A DNA stretch of 62,983 nt, filler included, from Octopus bimaculoides (lineage: Eukaryota), in assembly GCF_001194135.2 (NCBI RefSeq). It is 9 parts of 9 records of this genome, joined end to end, with 100 filler letters (N's around TTAATTAATTAA, not from the genome) between each part and the next. Parts side by side here need not be neighbours in the genome. Positions count along the whole stretch, not along the records: positions 4,950 to 15,561 come from NC_069004.1; positions 15,662 to 24,678 come from NC_068990.1; positions 24,779 to 29,426 come from NC_068981.1; 6 more parts are not named here. The stretch is one strand, 5' to 3'. Position numbers and translations under genes: made by a program. Shown here piece after piece: positions 11,615-24,848 of this stretch (positions within the stretch are counted from its first letter, which is position 1; each line of letters begins with the position of its first letter). The notes under the pieces are model-generated. The model saw nothing but the letters and a program-made list of their open reading frames with translations. It was not told the origin of the DNA and searched no databases.

Positions 11615-12639
11615 CTAAAATATATTTTCTATTTTTTCTTGAGTTTTTTATTTATTACTTTTTTATTTATTTACTTTTTGTTTTTAGAAATAAACATTTG
11701 CATAAAGAACATTTGTGTGTGACATTTGTCTGCCTGTCTGTCTGCTTGCCTGTTTGTCTGTCTGCTTGCCTGTCTGTCTGCCTGTCTGTCTGCCTGTCTG
11801 TCTTAAGGATGGTTGTGTGGTTAAGAAGTTTCCGTCCCAGCCACATGGTTTCATCCTACTGCATGTCATCTTGGGCATCTGTCTTTTACTGTAGTCCCTG
11901 ACTGACCAAAGCCTAGTGATGATATGCCATCTCCCCTCCCTGTGCTGCTCTCCATCACCAACTCCTTGTTTATCTGCTATCACCCTCAATACCCTCACTT
12001 ATCTACTGCAACCTCTGCCCCCTCAAGCCTCTTCTGTATATCTCTCCACCATTTATTACAGTCACCTCATCCTGCCTACTCACCCAGCCCAAGCCTCTGT
12101 ATCACTTCACCTATTCTCACCACGCCAATGTCCCTTGCGGGTGTGTGTGTGTGTGGGGGGGTATGTCCCTAACTCATCTCTGCCATCATCTCTGTCACTC
12201 CCTTTATCTTACACTCCAACTCATTTTCCTTTGTTTTCCAACTGGGGTATCCAAATATCTACTCTACAGCAAGGCACCTATATCTGTCCATTCTATACCT
12301 TAAGTCTCTCAATTGACACAAATCAACACACCCTCAATACTACTTGCCCCACTCCCAGTTGATAGGCTTTTATTGTCCAAGGTACTTGGTGGGCCTGTTG
12401 ATGTTGGTGCCACTTAAAAAGCACTGGTGCTGGTACCACATAAAACACACTGAGTATACTCTGTAAAATGGCTGGCATTAAGAAGGAGATCCAGCTGTTA
12501 AAACCATGCCAAAACAGACAATAGAACCTAGTGCAGACCTTGTCCTTGATAGTGATGGTCATTTACAACCATCTCAAGATGTCAAGAGAAGACACATGCA
12601 CGTGTATGCATATACATATATATATGTATATATGATGAG

Positions 12640-12775
12640 CTTCTTTCAATTTCCAAGGCTTTGGTCGGCCTGGACTATAGTAAAACACTTGCTCAAAGTG
12701 GCACACAGTGGAACAGTGAACCTGAGACCACATGGTTGAAAATCAAGGTTCTTAGCTACACTACCATGCTTGCAA
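12640..12775 (-). mobile_element. SINE family B head, decayed
   Basis: Aligns by eye to other family B copies. Confidence 0.7.
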
Positions 12776-13159
12776 CTATGCCACACCTGTCAATATGTGT
12801 GTGTCTGTGTATATGTGTATGACTACATGTTCTCATGTCATTTGATAATTATAAATAAGCATGAACATTATACAAGTGGTGTCCTTCATTTCCAATCTTG
12901 CATTAAAACATGTTTGACCTTGGGGAAATACTATCTTGCCATGAAATAGGTGAATGTTTGGTAACAGGAAAGGCATCTGCCTCACTGAATTTTGTCGATA
13001 ATTTTATCAGCCCACAATTATTATATATAGAACACACATGCATAAATCTGTTCATCTGTCGATATGCATGCACATACACATGCCTATGTATGTATATATG
13101 CATGTATGTACACACACACACACACACATACACACATGTATATATATACACATATATAC

Positions 13160-13555
13160 ACCTGTGCCAGTGGAATGTTAAAAGCACCATTTCAGCTTGA
13201 TTCTTGTCAGGGTCACTGAATGGCTCCTGTGCTGGTGGCACGTAAAAAAAGTACCATTCAAGCGTGGTTGTTGCCAGTGCCACAGGATTGGCTCCTGTGC
13301 AGCTGGCATACAAAAACCACCATTTGAGCATGGCCGATGCAAGTACTGCCTGACTGGCCCTTGTGCCGGTGGCATGTAAAAGCACCCACTACACTCTCAG
13401 AGTGGTTAGCGTTAGGAAGGGCATCCAGCTGTAGAAACTTTGCCATATCAGATTGGAGACTGAGGCAGTCTTTTGGCTCACCAGCCCTCAGTCAAACCGT
13501 CCAACCCATGCCAGCATGGAAAGTGGACGTTAAACGACGATGATGATGATGATGA
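13160..13555 (+). mobile_element. RTE-clade LINE-like 3' tail with internal tandem modules, ending in (GAT)n
   Basis: gcgttaggaagggcatccagctgtagaaac...aacccatgccagcatggaaagtggacgttaaacgacgatgatgat. A second copy is at 27670-28092. The RTE assignment rests on resemblance to known RTE 3' ends. Confidence 0.7.
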
Positions 13556-13842
13556 TACATACATACTTACATCTATGATATATACATACNNNNNNNNNNN
13601 NNNNNNNNNNNNNNNNNNNNNNNNNNNNNNNNNNNNNNNNNNNNNNNNNNNNNNNNNNNNNNNNNNNNNNNNNNNNNNNNNNNNNNNNNNNNNNNNNNNN
13701 NNNNNNNNNNNNNNNNNNNNNNNNNNNNNNNNNNNNNNCATGAAACGTGTACAACAAGAAAGTACGAAGCACGAGTACATGGAACATGAACTATTCTTTC
13801 GAACAACGAAAGACACGTTTCATGACGTCCTGTGCCCACATT

Positions 13843-13877
<35 letters not shown>

Positions 13878-14090
13878 GTATAGATGTAAGTATGTACATA
13901 CATATATGTATGTATATATGCATATATATATGCACATACATATATCTATATATGTATATATACATACATATATAGATATACACAATTATATACGCATATA
14001 CATACATATATATCTATATATATACAAACACATATATATGGATATATATGTATATATACATATATGTACACACATGCACACATGTATGTG

Positions 14091-14147
<57 letters not shown>

Positions 14148-14409
14148 TTGCTATAATCATATCAGTTTAAACATATCTCTATAGGTCTTCTATAGAATTC
14201 TGAGCCAGCACTTCAAGTTATGAAATTTTGTATGTGAATATGTTTGCTTAAACAATGTGATCAAAGATAGAGAAAACAAGTCATGAATGTATATGCATAT
14301 TTCAAGGGTTATTGCTCTTTAATTAGTGCCACATCCTACCCCTCAACTATCTATGAATGCATTGCTTAAATATCTACTACAGCTGGCAGTGTAGCACAAC
14401 CAGACAGAC

Positions 14410-15390
14410 CAATTTACATACACACTGTTTCGAGTGGTACGAGCACTTCAAAAGTGGAAGAATGTCCCAGAAGACGATGGGCAATCTGTAAAGTCTATCA
14501 TGAGTGTCACCCCTGGAAATGTGGAGGAAATTCATCAGTTTGTGTATGACGATTGTCAGAAGACAATCAACAACATTGCTAATGTTGTTGGTCTGTCATA
14601 TGGGTCCGTGCAGGTAATTCTAACATCTGAATTGAACATGCGGCATGTCTCTGCCAAGTTTGTCCCCCCCCCTTCTGACCACTGAACAGAAAGAACATCG
14701 TGTCAAAGTCTGTCAAGATCTCTGTCAGTGTGCTGCTAATAACCCATCCTTCATGTTGAGGATCATCACCAGTAATGAGAGTTGGGTCTATGGGTACAAC
14801 CCTGAGATGAAGCAGCAGTTGTCACAGTGGAAGGGCCCTTCATCTCCAGAACCAAAGAAGACACAACAGAGCCACAGCTCAACCAAAAGCATGCTCATCG
14901 TTTTTTTTTTTTTATGTCTATGGTATTGTGCATTGAGAATTTGTCCCCCAGGGCCAGACCGTCAATTGAGAGTTCTACTGCAACGTTTTGAAGCATTTGA
15001 AGGAGGACATTCCGCAAAATGACTGGATCTATAGAGTATGAAGAATTGGATTCTCATGATGACAATGTACCCTGTCATTGAACTTTCCTCACTTGTGTGT
15101 TTCTTGCCAAAAACAACATGGTGTTGCTTCTGCACCTGTCCTATTTGCCAAATTTAGCCTCTGAAGGCTTCCATCTCTTCCCCAAGATGAAAATGCTGCT
15201 CAAAGGTAGCTGTTTTAACACATTGTTGAGATCCAGAGTGGATCACAGAAGGTCCCCGACTTGTGTACAGAAAATGACTTCCAGGCAGGATTCCAAAAGT
15301 GGTAGCAATGCTGGGACTGGTGTATTGCTGCACAAGGTGACTATCTTGAAGGAAATAAAACTTAAGTAAATAAGTGATTTTTTATTAAAC
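14410..15390 (+). mobile_element. Mariner (DD34D-type) transposon remnant
   Basis: Peptides LNMRHVSAKFVP, RIITSNESWVYGYNPEMKQQLSQW and FLAKNNMVLLLHLSYLPNLASEGFHLFPKMK, with several frameshifts. The left TIR was not identified. Confidence 0.88.
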
Positions 15391-15391
15391 A

Positions 15392-15482
15392 CTAGCAGAA
15401 ATACCCAGCGTTGCCCCGGTTAAAGAGAATAATGAAATCTAAAAACACCGTCTAGACTACGCATCATCTTTATATATAGAGA
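15392..15482 (-). mobile_element. 91-bp minimal non-autonomous Helitron
   Basis: The minus strand starts TCTCTATATATAAAG and ends with an imperfect hairpin CCGGGGCAACGCTGG followed by TATTTCTGCTAG. It sits between an A and a T with no TSD. Confidence 0.8.
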
Positions 15483-15679
15483 TGTATATACACACACGCA
15501 CCCAAACACACGTATATATATGTATATCAATATAAATATATGAAAGTCAATGAAGTTTCGTNNNNNNNNNNNNNNNNNNNNNNNNNNNNNNNNNNNNNNN
15601 NNNNNTTAATTAATTAANNNNNNNNNNNNNNNNNNNNNNNNNNNNNNNNNNNNNNNNNNNNAGAGAGAGAGAGAAGAAT

Positions 15680-16100
15680 ACTATTATCGGCCTCACGTCT
15701 TACTCTTTTACTTGTTTCAGTCATTTGACTGCGGCCATGCTGGAGCACCGCCTTTAGTCGATCAAATCGACCCCAGGACTTATTCTTTGTAAGCTTAGTA
15801 CTAATTCTATCGTTATCTTTTGCCGAACCGCTAAGTTACAGGGACGTAAAGACACCACCATCTGTTGTCAAGCGATGTTGGGGGGACAAACATATACACA
15901 CACATACATATATATATATATATACATATATACGACGGGCTTCTTTCAGTTTCCGTCAATCAAATGCACTCACAAGACTGTGGTTGGCCCGAGGCTATAG
16001 TAGAAGACACATACCCAAAGTGCCACGCAGTGGGAATAAACCCGGAATCATGTTGTTGGTATGCAAGCTACTTACAACACAATCACTCCTGCGCCTCGTT
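15680..16100 (-). mobile_element. SINE family B, full length with central microsatellite
   Basis: Head, accttgggcaagtg-like CORE segment and tail ggcggtgctccagcatggccgcagtc. Confidence 0.9.
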
Positions 16101-16295
16101 ATTATTTTTTTCCAAGACTTTATGTATTCTAACACTTTGGTTCTCAACTGGGGTCCACATTTCCTTTGGAGTTCCTTCTAAGATTTTAGTGGTAACATTT
16201 ATGTCCAATAAATTGGTTATTCTTCTACAGTACACAAAAAAATTTTAACAATTCTTTTTATGCAATTCCTAATAATATTTCATTATATAAATATA

Positions 16296-16523
16296 CAGTA
16301 ATCCTTCGGGTGTTACGTTCTAAAATACCCGCGGTAGATGAAAATCTGCGAAATAGAAACAGTCCAGTACTCTGTTTTTTTTTTATTATTATTTTTATAA
16401 TTTGTATATATTTATTTTATTATAAACGCAAAACAACACCACGGAGGAATCGACGTAAGCTTGAATAATAAACCGTGATAGGTGAACCGCGATAAGTGAA
16501 TCGCGATATGGCGAGGATTACTG
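16296..16523. mobile_element. pogo/Tigger-like MITE
   Basis: TA-CAGTAATCCTTCG at the left end and CGAGGATTACTG-TA at the right end, with TA duplication. Confidence 0.75.
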
Positions 16524-16549
16524 TAATAGGATTTTTTGAAACCTTTTAT

Positions 16550-17815
16550 GGCTATGAGGGTTCATTAGAGTAAAATAGGAATCGAAGATCAAAATATGAT
16601 TGTGAACTACTGCCCGAACATATTCGTCATGATCTTAATTTACTCAAGAACAGAAGACTCGTTTAAAAAGAAACTCTTTTTTACGTCTCCCAATATCTGT
16701 TCACAATGGTCTTTCAAGCATCATTATTGCTCCACGTATTTATTTCCTTATTTATCTATATCACATGTATTTCTCTTCAATCCCTTTGTTATTTATGTAA
16801 ACATAATTCAATATTTTAACCTGACTAATTTTAGTTTCAATTATCTTATAACTTCACTAACAATTAACAAATTTTTAATTAAATCACCTCCCTTCAACCA
16901 ATTATATAAACTCGATAATTTTTGCTTCAATCCACCAACGGTTTACATTCAAAGCAACTTACTGTAACAGCTACTAATTTTCCAAACGCATCCTTTCAAC
17001 ATTATTTTTATATATTTATTTATTTATTTGAGAATTTCATCACCGAAAAAATTGCAAGCAGCTGTTTACTTTCAATCTTTTGTTCCTCCTACCTTTGCTC
17101 ACATCTAGTTTTGCCATTTCTGTCTTCCTCCACCTTTCACCATAACGCTAGCTATTTATAGAATTTTCTCGGCTTCGTTTCAATACTATTATAACTTTTG
17201 TCTGGAATGAAACGGATCGCAATACGTAAGTAAGCAAGTAAGCATACAGATAAGGCGTCTAGCTGGCAGATTCATTAGCACGCCGGGCGAAATGCTTAGC
17301 GGCATCTCGTTCGTCTTTACGTTCTGAGTTCAAATTCCGCCGAGGTCGACTTTGCCTTTCATCCTTTCGGGGTAGATAAATCAAGTATCAGTTACGTACA
17401 AGGATCCATCTAATCGACTGGCCCCCTCCCAAAAGATTTCGAGCCTTGTGCCTAGAGTAGAAAAGAATATGTACTCTTTCGCCCCAACTTTCTCTCACTC
17501 TTTCTTCCTGTTTCTTGAGTGAAACCACGCCTACTCTTATATAGATATATAAATACATGCATACTTATGTGTGTGTGTGTGTGTGTGTGTGTATGCATGT
17601 ACATACGTATGTGTATGTGTGTGCACTTAGACGGACAGGCAGACAGACCTTATATTGCCTTGTTTTTCTTCTCACAATCGCTGCCATATCCTCAACGTTT
17701 GTTCTCCAGCTCGAACACGTTCAAGTTTAATGTGAGGCGATGTTTTTGTTTGCTTTCAACGCTTTTATCATCTTCATAGTATTGTTTTTGAACTTCGTCG
17801 TCTTTGAACTTCTAT
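16550..17815 (-). pseudogene. Possible highly decayed L1/Tx1-clade LINE ORF2 fragments
   Basis: Short peptides KFKDDEVQKQYYE, NVNRWWIEAKIIEFI and GDVKKSFFLNE loosely resemble the endonuclease-RT linker. Many stops; weak. Confidence 0.25.
17255..17470 (+). mobile_element. SINE family A
   Basis: A and B boxes plus the central block. Confidence 0.9.
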
Positions 17816-17993
17816 CGTTTATATCAGTGTATATATAATTTTCAACTCAGTTTGTTCACGTTTAGTGATATATATAAATATGGTTTGTTTATTAACGCTT
17901 CAAAAAGTTGCTACTCTATTTATTTCATTTCTTTTCTTTTTTTAATTCTGTCTCTGTTTATCTATATTTATATTTCTTACTTCAACCACACGT

Positions 17994-18346
17994 GGAGGCG
18001 CAATGGCCCAATGCTTAGGGCAGCGGATTCGCGGTCATAGGATCGCGGTTTCGATTCCCAGACCGGGCGTTGTGAGTGTTTATTGAGCGAAAACACCTAA
18101 AAGCTCCACGAGGCGAACCCTGCTGTACTCTTTCACCACAACTTTCTCTCACTCTTACTTCCTGTTTCTGTTGTGCCTGTAATTCAAAGGGTCAGCCTTG
18201 CCACACTGTGTCACACTGAATATCCCCGAGAACTACGTTAAGGGTACATGTGTCTGTGGAGTGCTCAGCCACTTGCACGTTAATTTCACGAGCAGGCTGT
18301 TCCGTTGATCGGAACCCTCGACGTCGTAACCGACGGAGTGCCAACA
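17994..18346 (+). mobile_element. SINE family C (tRNA-like head ggaggcgcaatggccca...gtttcgattccc)
   Basis: Matches 41114-41495 with a short internal deletion. Confidence 0.92.
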
Positions 18347-18419
18347 CATACATACACACACACAGATGCACAATGCCAAGATGAAAAGGAAGTCTAACTT
18401 CTTAGAAGTTAAACATTAC

Positions 18420-18697
18420 CTCTTGATTATATAAAGACCAGCTATGGGCATTAAGCTACGAAAATCATCCATTTTCTTGATTTCTTGAAATTCAAACCAC
18501 CTCATCATGGTCCCAGCCGACAAAATGGAAAAGGTGTTGTTCTGTGGGATGGTGAGGAGATGCGCTGGGACACCCACACTGACACATGGGACTCGCACTG
18601 GCAGATAACCATCTCTGCCTCGATAGCGGTACGCAGGGATATGGTCCTGGAGTCGAAAACGCCGGGGATCTCCACTGCCACAGGCTCGACCATAAAC
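18420..18697 (-). CDS. Candidate internal coding exon, unidentified (VYGRACGSGDPRRFRLQDHIPAYRYRGRDGYLPVRVPCVSVGVPAHLLTIPQNNTFSILSAGTMMRWFEFQEIKKMDDFRSLMPIAGLYIIKR)
   Basis: Acceptor tctgtcgtcctgtgacag and donor AG|gtaatg. The frame is open across all 278 nt, with a G-rich first codon position, in a GC-elevated non-repeat island. Confidence 0.6.
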
Positions 18698-18734
18698 CTG
18701 TCACAGGACGACAGATATTACATACTCTCAGAAG

Positions 18735-18950
18735 ACGGCGAGCTGAAAGAATCTTTGGCACGCCGGACAAAATGTTTAGCGGTATTTCGTCCGTCTTTAC
18801 GTACTGAGTTCAAATTTCGCTGAGGTCGATTTTGCCTTTCATTTTATTCGAGGTCAATAAAATAGATTCCAGTTGAGTACTGGAATCGGTATAATCGACT
18901 TAACCTCTCTTCTAAAATTGCTGGCCTTGTACCAAAATTTGAAACCTATA
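18735..18950 (+). mobile_element. SINE family A
   Basis: As the other family A copies. Confidence 0.85.
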
Positions 18951-19451
18951 CTACTGTCAGGTAGTATGCTGCTGCTACTGCTACTACCATCGCTGCCGCT
19001 GTTGCTATTGCTGGCTTTACCGTCAGTGTTACAGAGACTTCTAGTTATATTTCTCATTTGTTAGTTTAACGAAGTCTTAATACAACCCCTGGCTTTGTAA
19101 AATATCGATCAGAGACATTCCAATCACGACTAACTTGCTTCTTAGTTTTACTTTAACTTGTTTCGCTCAATGAACTGTGGCCATGCTGAAGCACTGCCTT
19201 GAAGGATTTCGTCGAGCAAATCGACCCCAGTACTTATTGTTTAAGCACTTTATTTATTCTATTGGTTTCTTTTTTTACCGAACCGCTAAGTTACGGGCCT
19301 GCAGCTTTTGTCAAGCGTTGGTGTGAGACAAATATAAAGACACACATACATACATATATAGGTACATACATACATATATATATGTATGTGTGTTTATATA
19401 TATATATATGTATATATATATAAATATATATAAACACACACACATACATAC

Positions 19452-19501
<50 letters not shown>

Positions 19502-19509
19502 TGGGTCAT

Positions 19510-19710
19510 CTCATAAGGGATACCACTGGTGACTTTTGCTGGGCTTGAGTGGACTCTATCGACCACATGTTGTGTTATATTCGCCAGAAAATACTCAATC
19601 CAGTGTGGACGTTTTCCACGGATTCCAACATTTGCCAATTTTGAGAGAAAGGTATTGTCAACCCTGACGAACGTTTTACTGAAGTCAAGATATATGACAT
19701 CTGAGTTCGA
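19510..19710 (-). pseudogene. CR1/L2-clade LINE reverse transcriptase fragment
   Basis: SDVIYLDFSKTFVRVD...GIRGKRPHWIEYFL...HSSPAKVTSGIP matches the DVIYLDFSKAFDKV...VTSGVPQG motifs. Confidence 0.88.
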
Positions 19711-19779
19711 TATAAGGTAAAAGCTAGGAGAAAGGATTAATTAAGAAGGTATAATTAATAAAGGATTAATTAAGAAAGC

Positions 19780-20180
19780 TCTTGGATCAGTCTTACTATG
19801 TGGCACCTTGGGCAAGTGTTTTCTACTATAGCCCCAGGCCAACCAAAGCCTTGTGAAGGTTAATTTTTAGACGGAAACTGAAAGAAACCCGCAACATACA
19901 TATATACATGCATACATACACACGTGTGTGTGAGAGACAGAAAGAGAGAGAGAGAGAGTATGAGTGTGAGTGTGTGTGTGTTTATTTACCCCACCACCAC
20001 CGATTGAAAACCGGTGTTGGTGTGTTTATGTCCTCTGTAACATAGCAGTTCCACAAAAGAGATCGATAGAATAAATACCAGGCTCAAAATAAAAATAGGT
20101 ACCTGGGTCGATTCGTTCGACTAAAATTCCTCAAAGCAGTGCCCCAGCATTACTGCATGGTTGCAGTTTAATGATTGAAA
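19780..20180 (+). mobile_element. SINE family B, 5'-truncated
   Basis: ggcaccttgggcaagtg core plus tail. Confidence 0.85.
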
Positions 20181-20284
20181 CAAGTAAAAAAAAATAAAAT
20201 AAAAATAAAAAAAAAGAGATAAACGTTGTGTAAATGATTGCGTGTGGTTTTGTGAGGTATTCGTAGAGATATGTTTGTATGAAT

Positions 20285-22630
20285 TATTTTAACAGTTTAT
20301 GAACTTCCGACATCGAAGAACTTGAATTTGAAAATGCTCTGTAATTTAGTAACAGATGTTATTCGGAAAAACGGTGAAAATGTTTTATAGCAAAGTTAAA
20401 GTTGATCTATTTTAGAAAAAAATGTCTCTAACATTATTATTATCATCTATACATTTCAAATGAACTAATATTTGTTATGAAGGAAAAAAATTAACCTGTT
20501 CGTTTTGACACACCAGAACCGATTTCGTTTGGAAATTGCTACACAGATGTAATATTTTCATGTTAATTATGAAAATCATAAACATTTTGGGAAAAAAAAT
20601 TGTAAGTAATGAGTTTACGAACGTTTAAAGAGTGAAATTTGATGAAACTTCAGCCAATCGGATGCGACTATTTTCGGCACGCAGGAAAGTCAGAATTGCC
20701 ATATTTTACCTTAGCAACATATTGAAGCAGCATGCGAAAACATATTTAGCACGAGCAAAAATATATAAAACGAAAGGAGAAGCAAGAAATTGAAAACCAT
20801 TATGAGTGACTGAGTTGAGAATCTGAGAAGTGTGTGAATTAATTTGAAAACAGAGGTGGATGCAATTGGCTATTTCCAAAAGAAGAAATCTTTGTCGGAG
20901 AAAACATCATACGAAGACTGTGTAACTGAAAAGAAGACGGGTTACAATGAATTTGCATGTTAAGAAAGAACGCTGACTTGAAGATAGGAATCTTTCACTA
21001 ATAACCTTAGTTGAGTTTGGGTAAAGGAACACACGACTGCTCATTTCTTTGAGGAGGAAATGGAAATGAACCGTAACACCGTAGTTGATTACAACTACAT
21101 GAGGGAACTGTGGGTAGATGACCTACTTCGAAACCCAATGTTGTTAGATGGTGCTAGAATGATAATAGAGATAAATGAAGTTATGTATTCCAGATGAATG
21201 TAGAATAGAGAAAGGGTGCTTTCGGAGCAGTGAATCTTTGATGATGTGTGTCGCTAAACAGGGCAGATATTTCTGTATGCGGTATCATGTCGTAACTGCG
21301 ATACACCTGAAGGATGTATTCGAGAGTTAATTCTGCCGGGATCTACTTAGTATAGTGACTTGTGACAAGTCTATTCCCATATCCTAGAAATGCCAAGCTA
21401 CGACATTCAGCAGAGAACGGGGAATCACAGCGTCGAATTTGTCAACTCAGATGGAACCCACATCAACAAGTTGGAAGCACGTGAACGTGCCTTAGAGCAA
21501 GGGTCGGCAACGATAGGACCGCGGATCAGAACAGGTCCACGGATCATTTGGCACCAGGTCGCTCAGAAAAATATAATTTTTTAAAACTTTATTTCTATGC
21601 TATTGACTATCACAATCTGCAGGGTATTTCTTGCATTACATATGTATTGTAAATGTAAATTATATTAATTATAAGATGGCGAGTTGGCGTTAGCACGCCG
21701 GGTAAAATGCTTAGCGGCATTTCATCAGTCGTTGCGTTCTAAGTTCAAATTCTGCTGTGGCCGACTTTGCTTTTCTTCCTTTCAGGATCAATAAAATAAG
21801 TACCAGTGGAACACTGGGGTTGATTTAATCGACTTAGTCTCTCCTCCAAACCTGATGGCTTTGTGCCAAAATTTGAACCCAATATATGTGTATTATCGAT
21901 GTTATGATTAAATTATGTCACGCACTTTATAGTGTTTTGTAATACTCGCGATCCTCCGGTCCGTATAAAAATTATCTTGCGTGAAACCGATCCATGATGT
22001 AAAAGTCGTTGCGGTTTGCTGCCTTAAAGGATCGAATAAACGGTGCTATAGCAGTCATCGTTCTATGATTGACTTATTACTCTGTGTATTTATTTACGTG
22101 ATGGCGCAGACAAAGTAATTATGATCTCTTGCAAGAAAATGCTGCAATGCATCTCTTAATTTCAGTTTTCATAAGTTCATTTTCTCTTATGTAAACTGAA
22201 ATTCGGCGAAGTTCATTTGCTGTTTTGTTTCACAGTTTCATAAATTAATTTGATTCGTTTCATTTTCTTTCATTAAATATTTTTCATCTTTGAGAGAGAA
22301 AAAAAACGTTGTGTAACGTTTTTATGATTAATTTAATTTTCTTTCATTAAAAAAATATTGTGTAAGGTTTTCATTATTAATTTATCGCAGAATAATGAAT
22401 AATATGAACTAAAAAGAATAATTGCGAGGAAAAACATGTCACCAAGCACAAAAGAAATTGCAATGTAAACGTGGTAATTTCAACTTCCGGAGTATCGAAA
22501 ATGGACGAATCTGAGTGGTTAAAATTTTGCAAAATTTAAGCAAGCATATCTGATCTGGTGTGTCAAACCGAAAAGATCTTAAAATTTTCAGAGTATTAAG
22601 TTGTAAACCTGTTATTTATTAAAATATTTA
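20285..22630 (+). mobile_element. Merlin (ISXO2/IS1016-like) DNA transposon remnant; boundaries approximate; family A SINE inserted at 21677-21880
   Basis: From 21081 in one frame: VVDYNYMRELWVDDLLRNP..IIEINE..Q*IF..CR*TG..LILPGST*YSD..NHSVEFV..GTH, with five stops. Subterminal inverted match between 20499-20523 and 22548-22572. Confidence 0.8.
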
Positions 22631-22649
22631 ACAAGTTTGTATAATAATA

Positions 22650-22860
22650 ATTATGGTTTCAAAGTTTGGCATAAGTCCAGCAATTTTGGGGGAGGGGATT
22701 ACATTGACCCCAGTGCTCAACTGGTTCTTATTTTATCGACCACGAAAGGAAGAAAGGCAAAGTTGATCTCAGTGAAATTTGAACGCAGAACGTAGCGATG
22801 GGCAATATGCCGCTAAGCATTTTGCCCGATGTGCTAATTACTCTGCCAGCTCGCCGCCTT
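22650..22860 (-). mobile_element. SINE family A
   Basis: As the other family A copies. Confidence 0.85.
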
Positions 22861-23529
22861 GTAAGATGAATTTAATAATACAATTTAAAGTTATGTTAGC
22901 TATATTATTGAAGAGGTTTGCTTTAGTTAATAAATCTTTCGGTATGTAACGTTACGATCTACTGCAGACGCTGTAATTTAAGAGAATGTATATAAGTAAA
23001 AATCGGATCTATGAGAATTCAATATTATGATGAATATAATGCATTTGAGTTTAAATAAAATGCATAAGAAAATGTATGCATAAATACGTAAAAATATATA
23101 CTGAAAAGATGTACATTTATATAACTATATGAATATACATACATATGTGTGTGTGTGTGTGTGTGTGGATAGATATATATTGGAAAATATATGCATAAAT
23201 ATATAAATACAGAGCAACTATATTAAAAAAAACAACCTGGAATTCAATATATTTGGCAGAATAGTAAAATCAATTTGCAATATGTGAAACAGAAGTATTG
23301 TTAAATTAAAAGGGAGCTTGTTTTTGGAGAATACCAGAATTGAAGTAAAAAAAAAAATATCCGAAACACCAATATGCGGTATAAGCAAAAATCGTATCTA
23401 CCAAAAGTTTGTTTACAGGGGAAAATATTGGGAATATTGATTTTGAAAAAAACCTATGAATTTTGTCTGGGTAAAAATATGAAAATAGAAGTTCAGATAA
23501 TAATTATTACGAGACATCAAACTGTCTCT

Positions 23530-23720
23530 CTACAATAGGCATAAGGCCTGAAATTTTGGTGGAATGGAACCAGCCGATTACATCGACCACAGTGCTGGAT
23601 TGGTACTTATTTGATTTTATCGTCCCCGAAAGGATGAAATGCGAAGCGGAAACCAGCGACTTTTAAATTCAGAACGTCAAGATCCGGAAGAAATTCCGCT
23701 AAGCAGTTTGCCCGGCGCAA
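23530..23720 (-). mobile_element. SINE family A, diverged
   Basis: cccgaaaggatgaaa block and head. Confidence 0.7.
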
Positions 23721-24299
23721 AGAAATATAAACATATGGATACCATCGAAAGATCTTGAATGTGATTTAATTAATATTTTAGCGTGCAGCTAAAACCGGTA
23801 ATGGAGAAAGTAACAACAGTGTCATAAATTTTATGAAGCTTCATAAATAGATAGTTTAATAAGAGTTGGTTGGTATCATGTTTAATAACAAAGTGATTTT
23901 AATAGCAAGCAATACATAAAAACTGAATCTCAGTCTAAACGTTTCAATTAATGGAGCAAAACGTGAAACTCGATTAGAATGAAAGGTCTGAGCTGATTAG
24001 TTACTGTTGTCGAGATTCTTTGAAATATTGTAACAAAGTAGACAAGTTACAATACTTAAGAAAGCAGTGGATGTTAGCGATAATGTATTATTACTTTATG
24101 TAACAATGAACTTTGTGTTAAAGTGTTTAGCTTCGGAAATAAAATCAAAAATACAATAAAATATATTAGTATGAAAATATCATCAAACTCATCTAATATA
24201 TTAGAAAAAAGTGTGGATGTGTCTTCAATTATTTATTAATTATTTGGACACCTAATAGGTCGAAAATGTTATAAAGTTCTAAAGATATCTACCTACATT

Positions 24300-24650
24300 T
24301 ACTCTTTTACTTGTTCCAGACTGCGGCCATGCTGGAGCACCGCCTTTAGTCGAATCAAATCGACCCCAGGACTTATTCTTTCTAAGCCTAGTACTTATTC
24401 TATCGGTCTCTTTTTGCCGAACCGCTAAGTTACGGGGACGTAAACACACCAGCATCGGTTGTCAAGCGATGGTGGGGGGACAAACACGGACACACAAACA
24501 TATATATATACATACATATATACGACGGGCTTCTTTCAGTTTCCGTCTACCAATTCCACTATAGTAGAGGCTATAGTAGAAGATACTTGCCCAAGGTGCC
24601 ACGCAGTGGGACTGAACCCGGAACCATGTGGTTGGTAAGCAAGCTACATA
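24300..24650 (-). mobile_element. SINE family B, young copy
   Basis: Near-consensus head and tail. Confidence 0.92.
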
Positions 24651-24778
24651 TATATATATATATATACGTGTATATATANNNNNNNNNNNNNNNNNNNNNN
24701 NNNNNNNNNNNNNNNNNNNNNNTTAATTAATTAANNNNNNNNNNNNNNNNNNNNNNNNNNNNNNNNNNNNNNNNNNNN

Positions 24779-24809
<31 letters not shown>

Positions 24810-24848
24810 CATGCATATACACATATACATACATTTGAGCATCAAATT

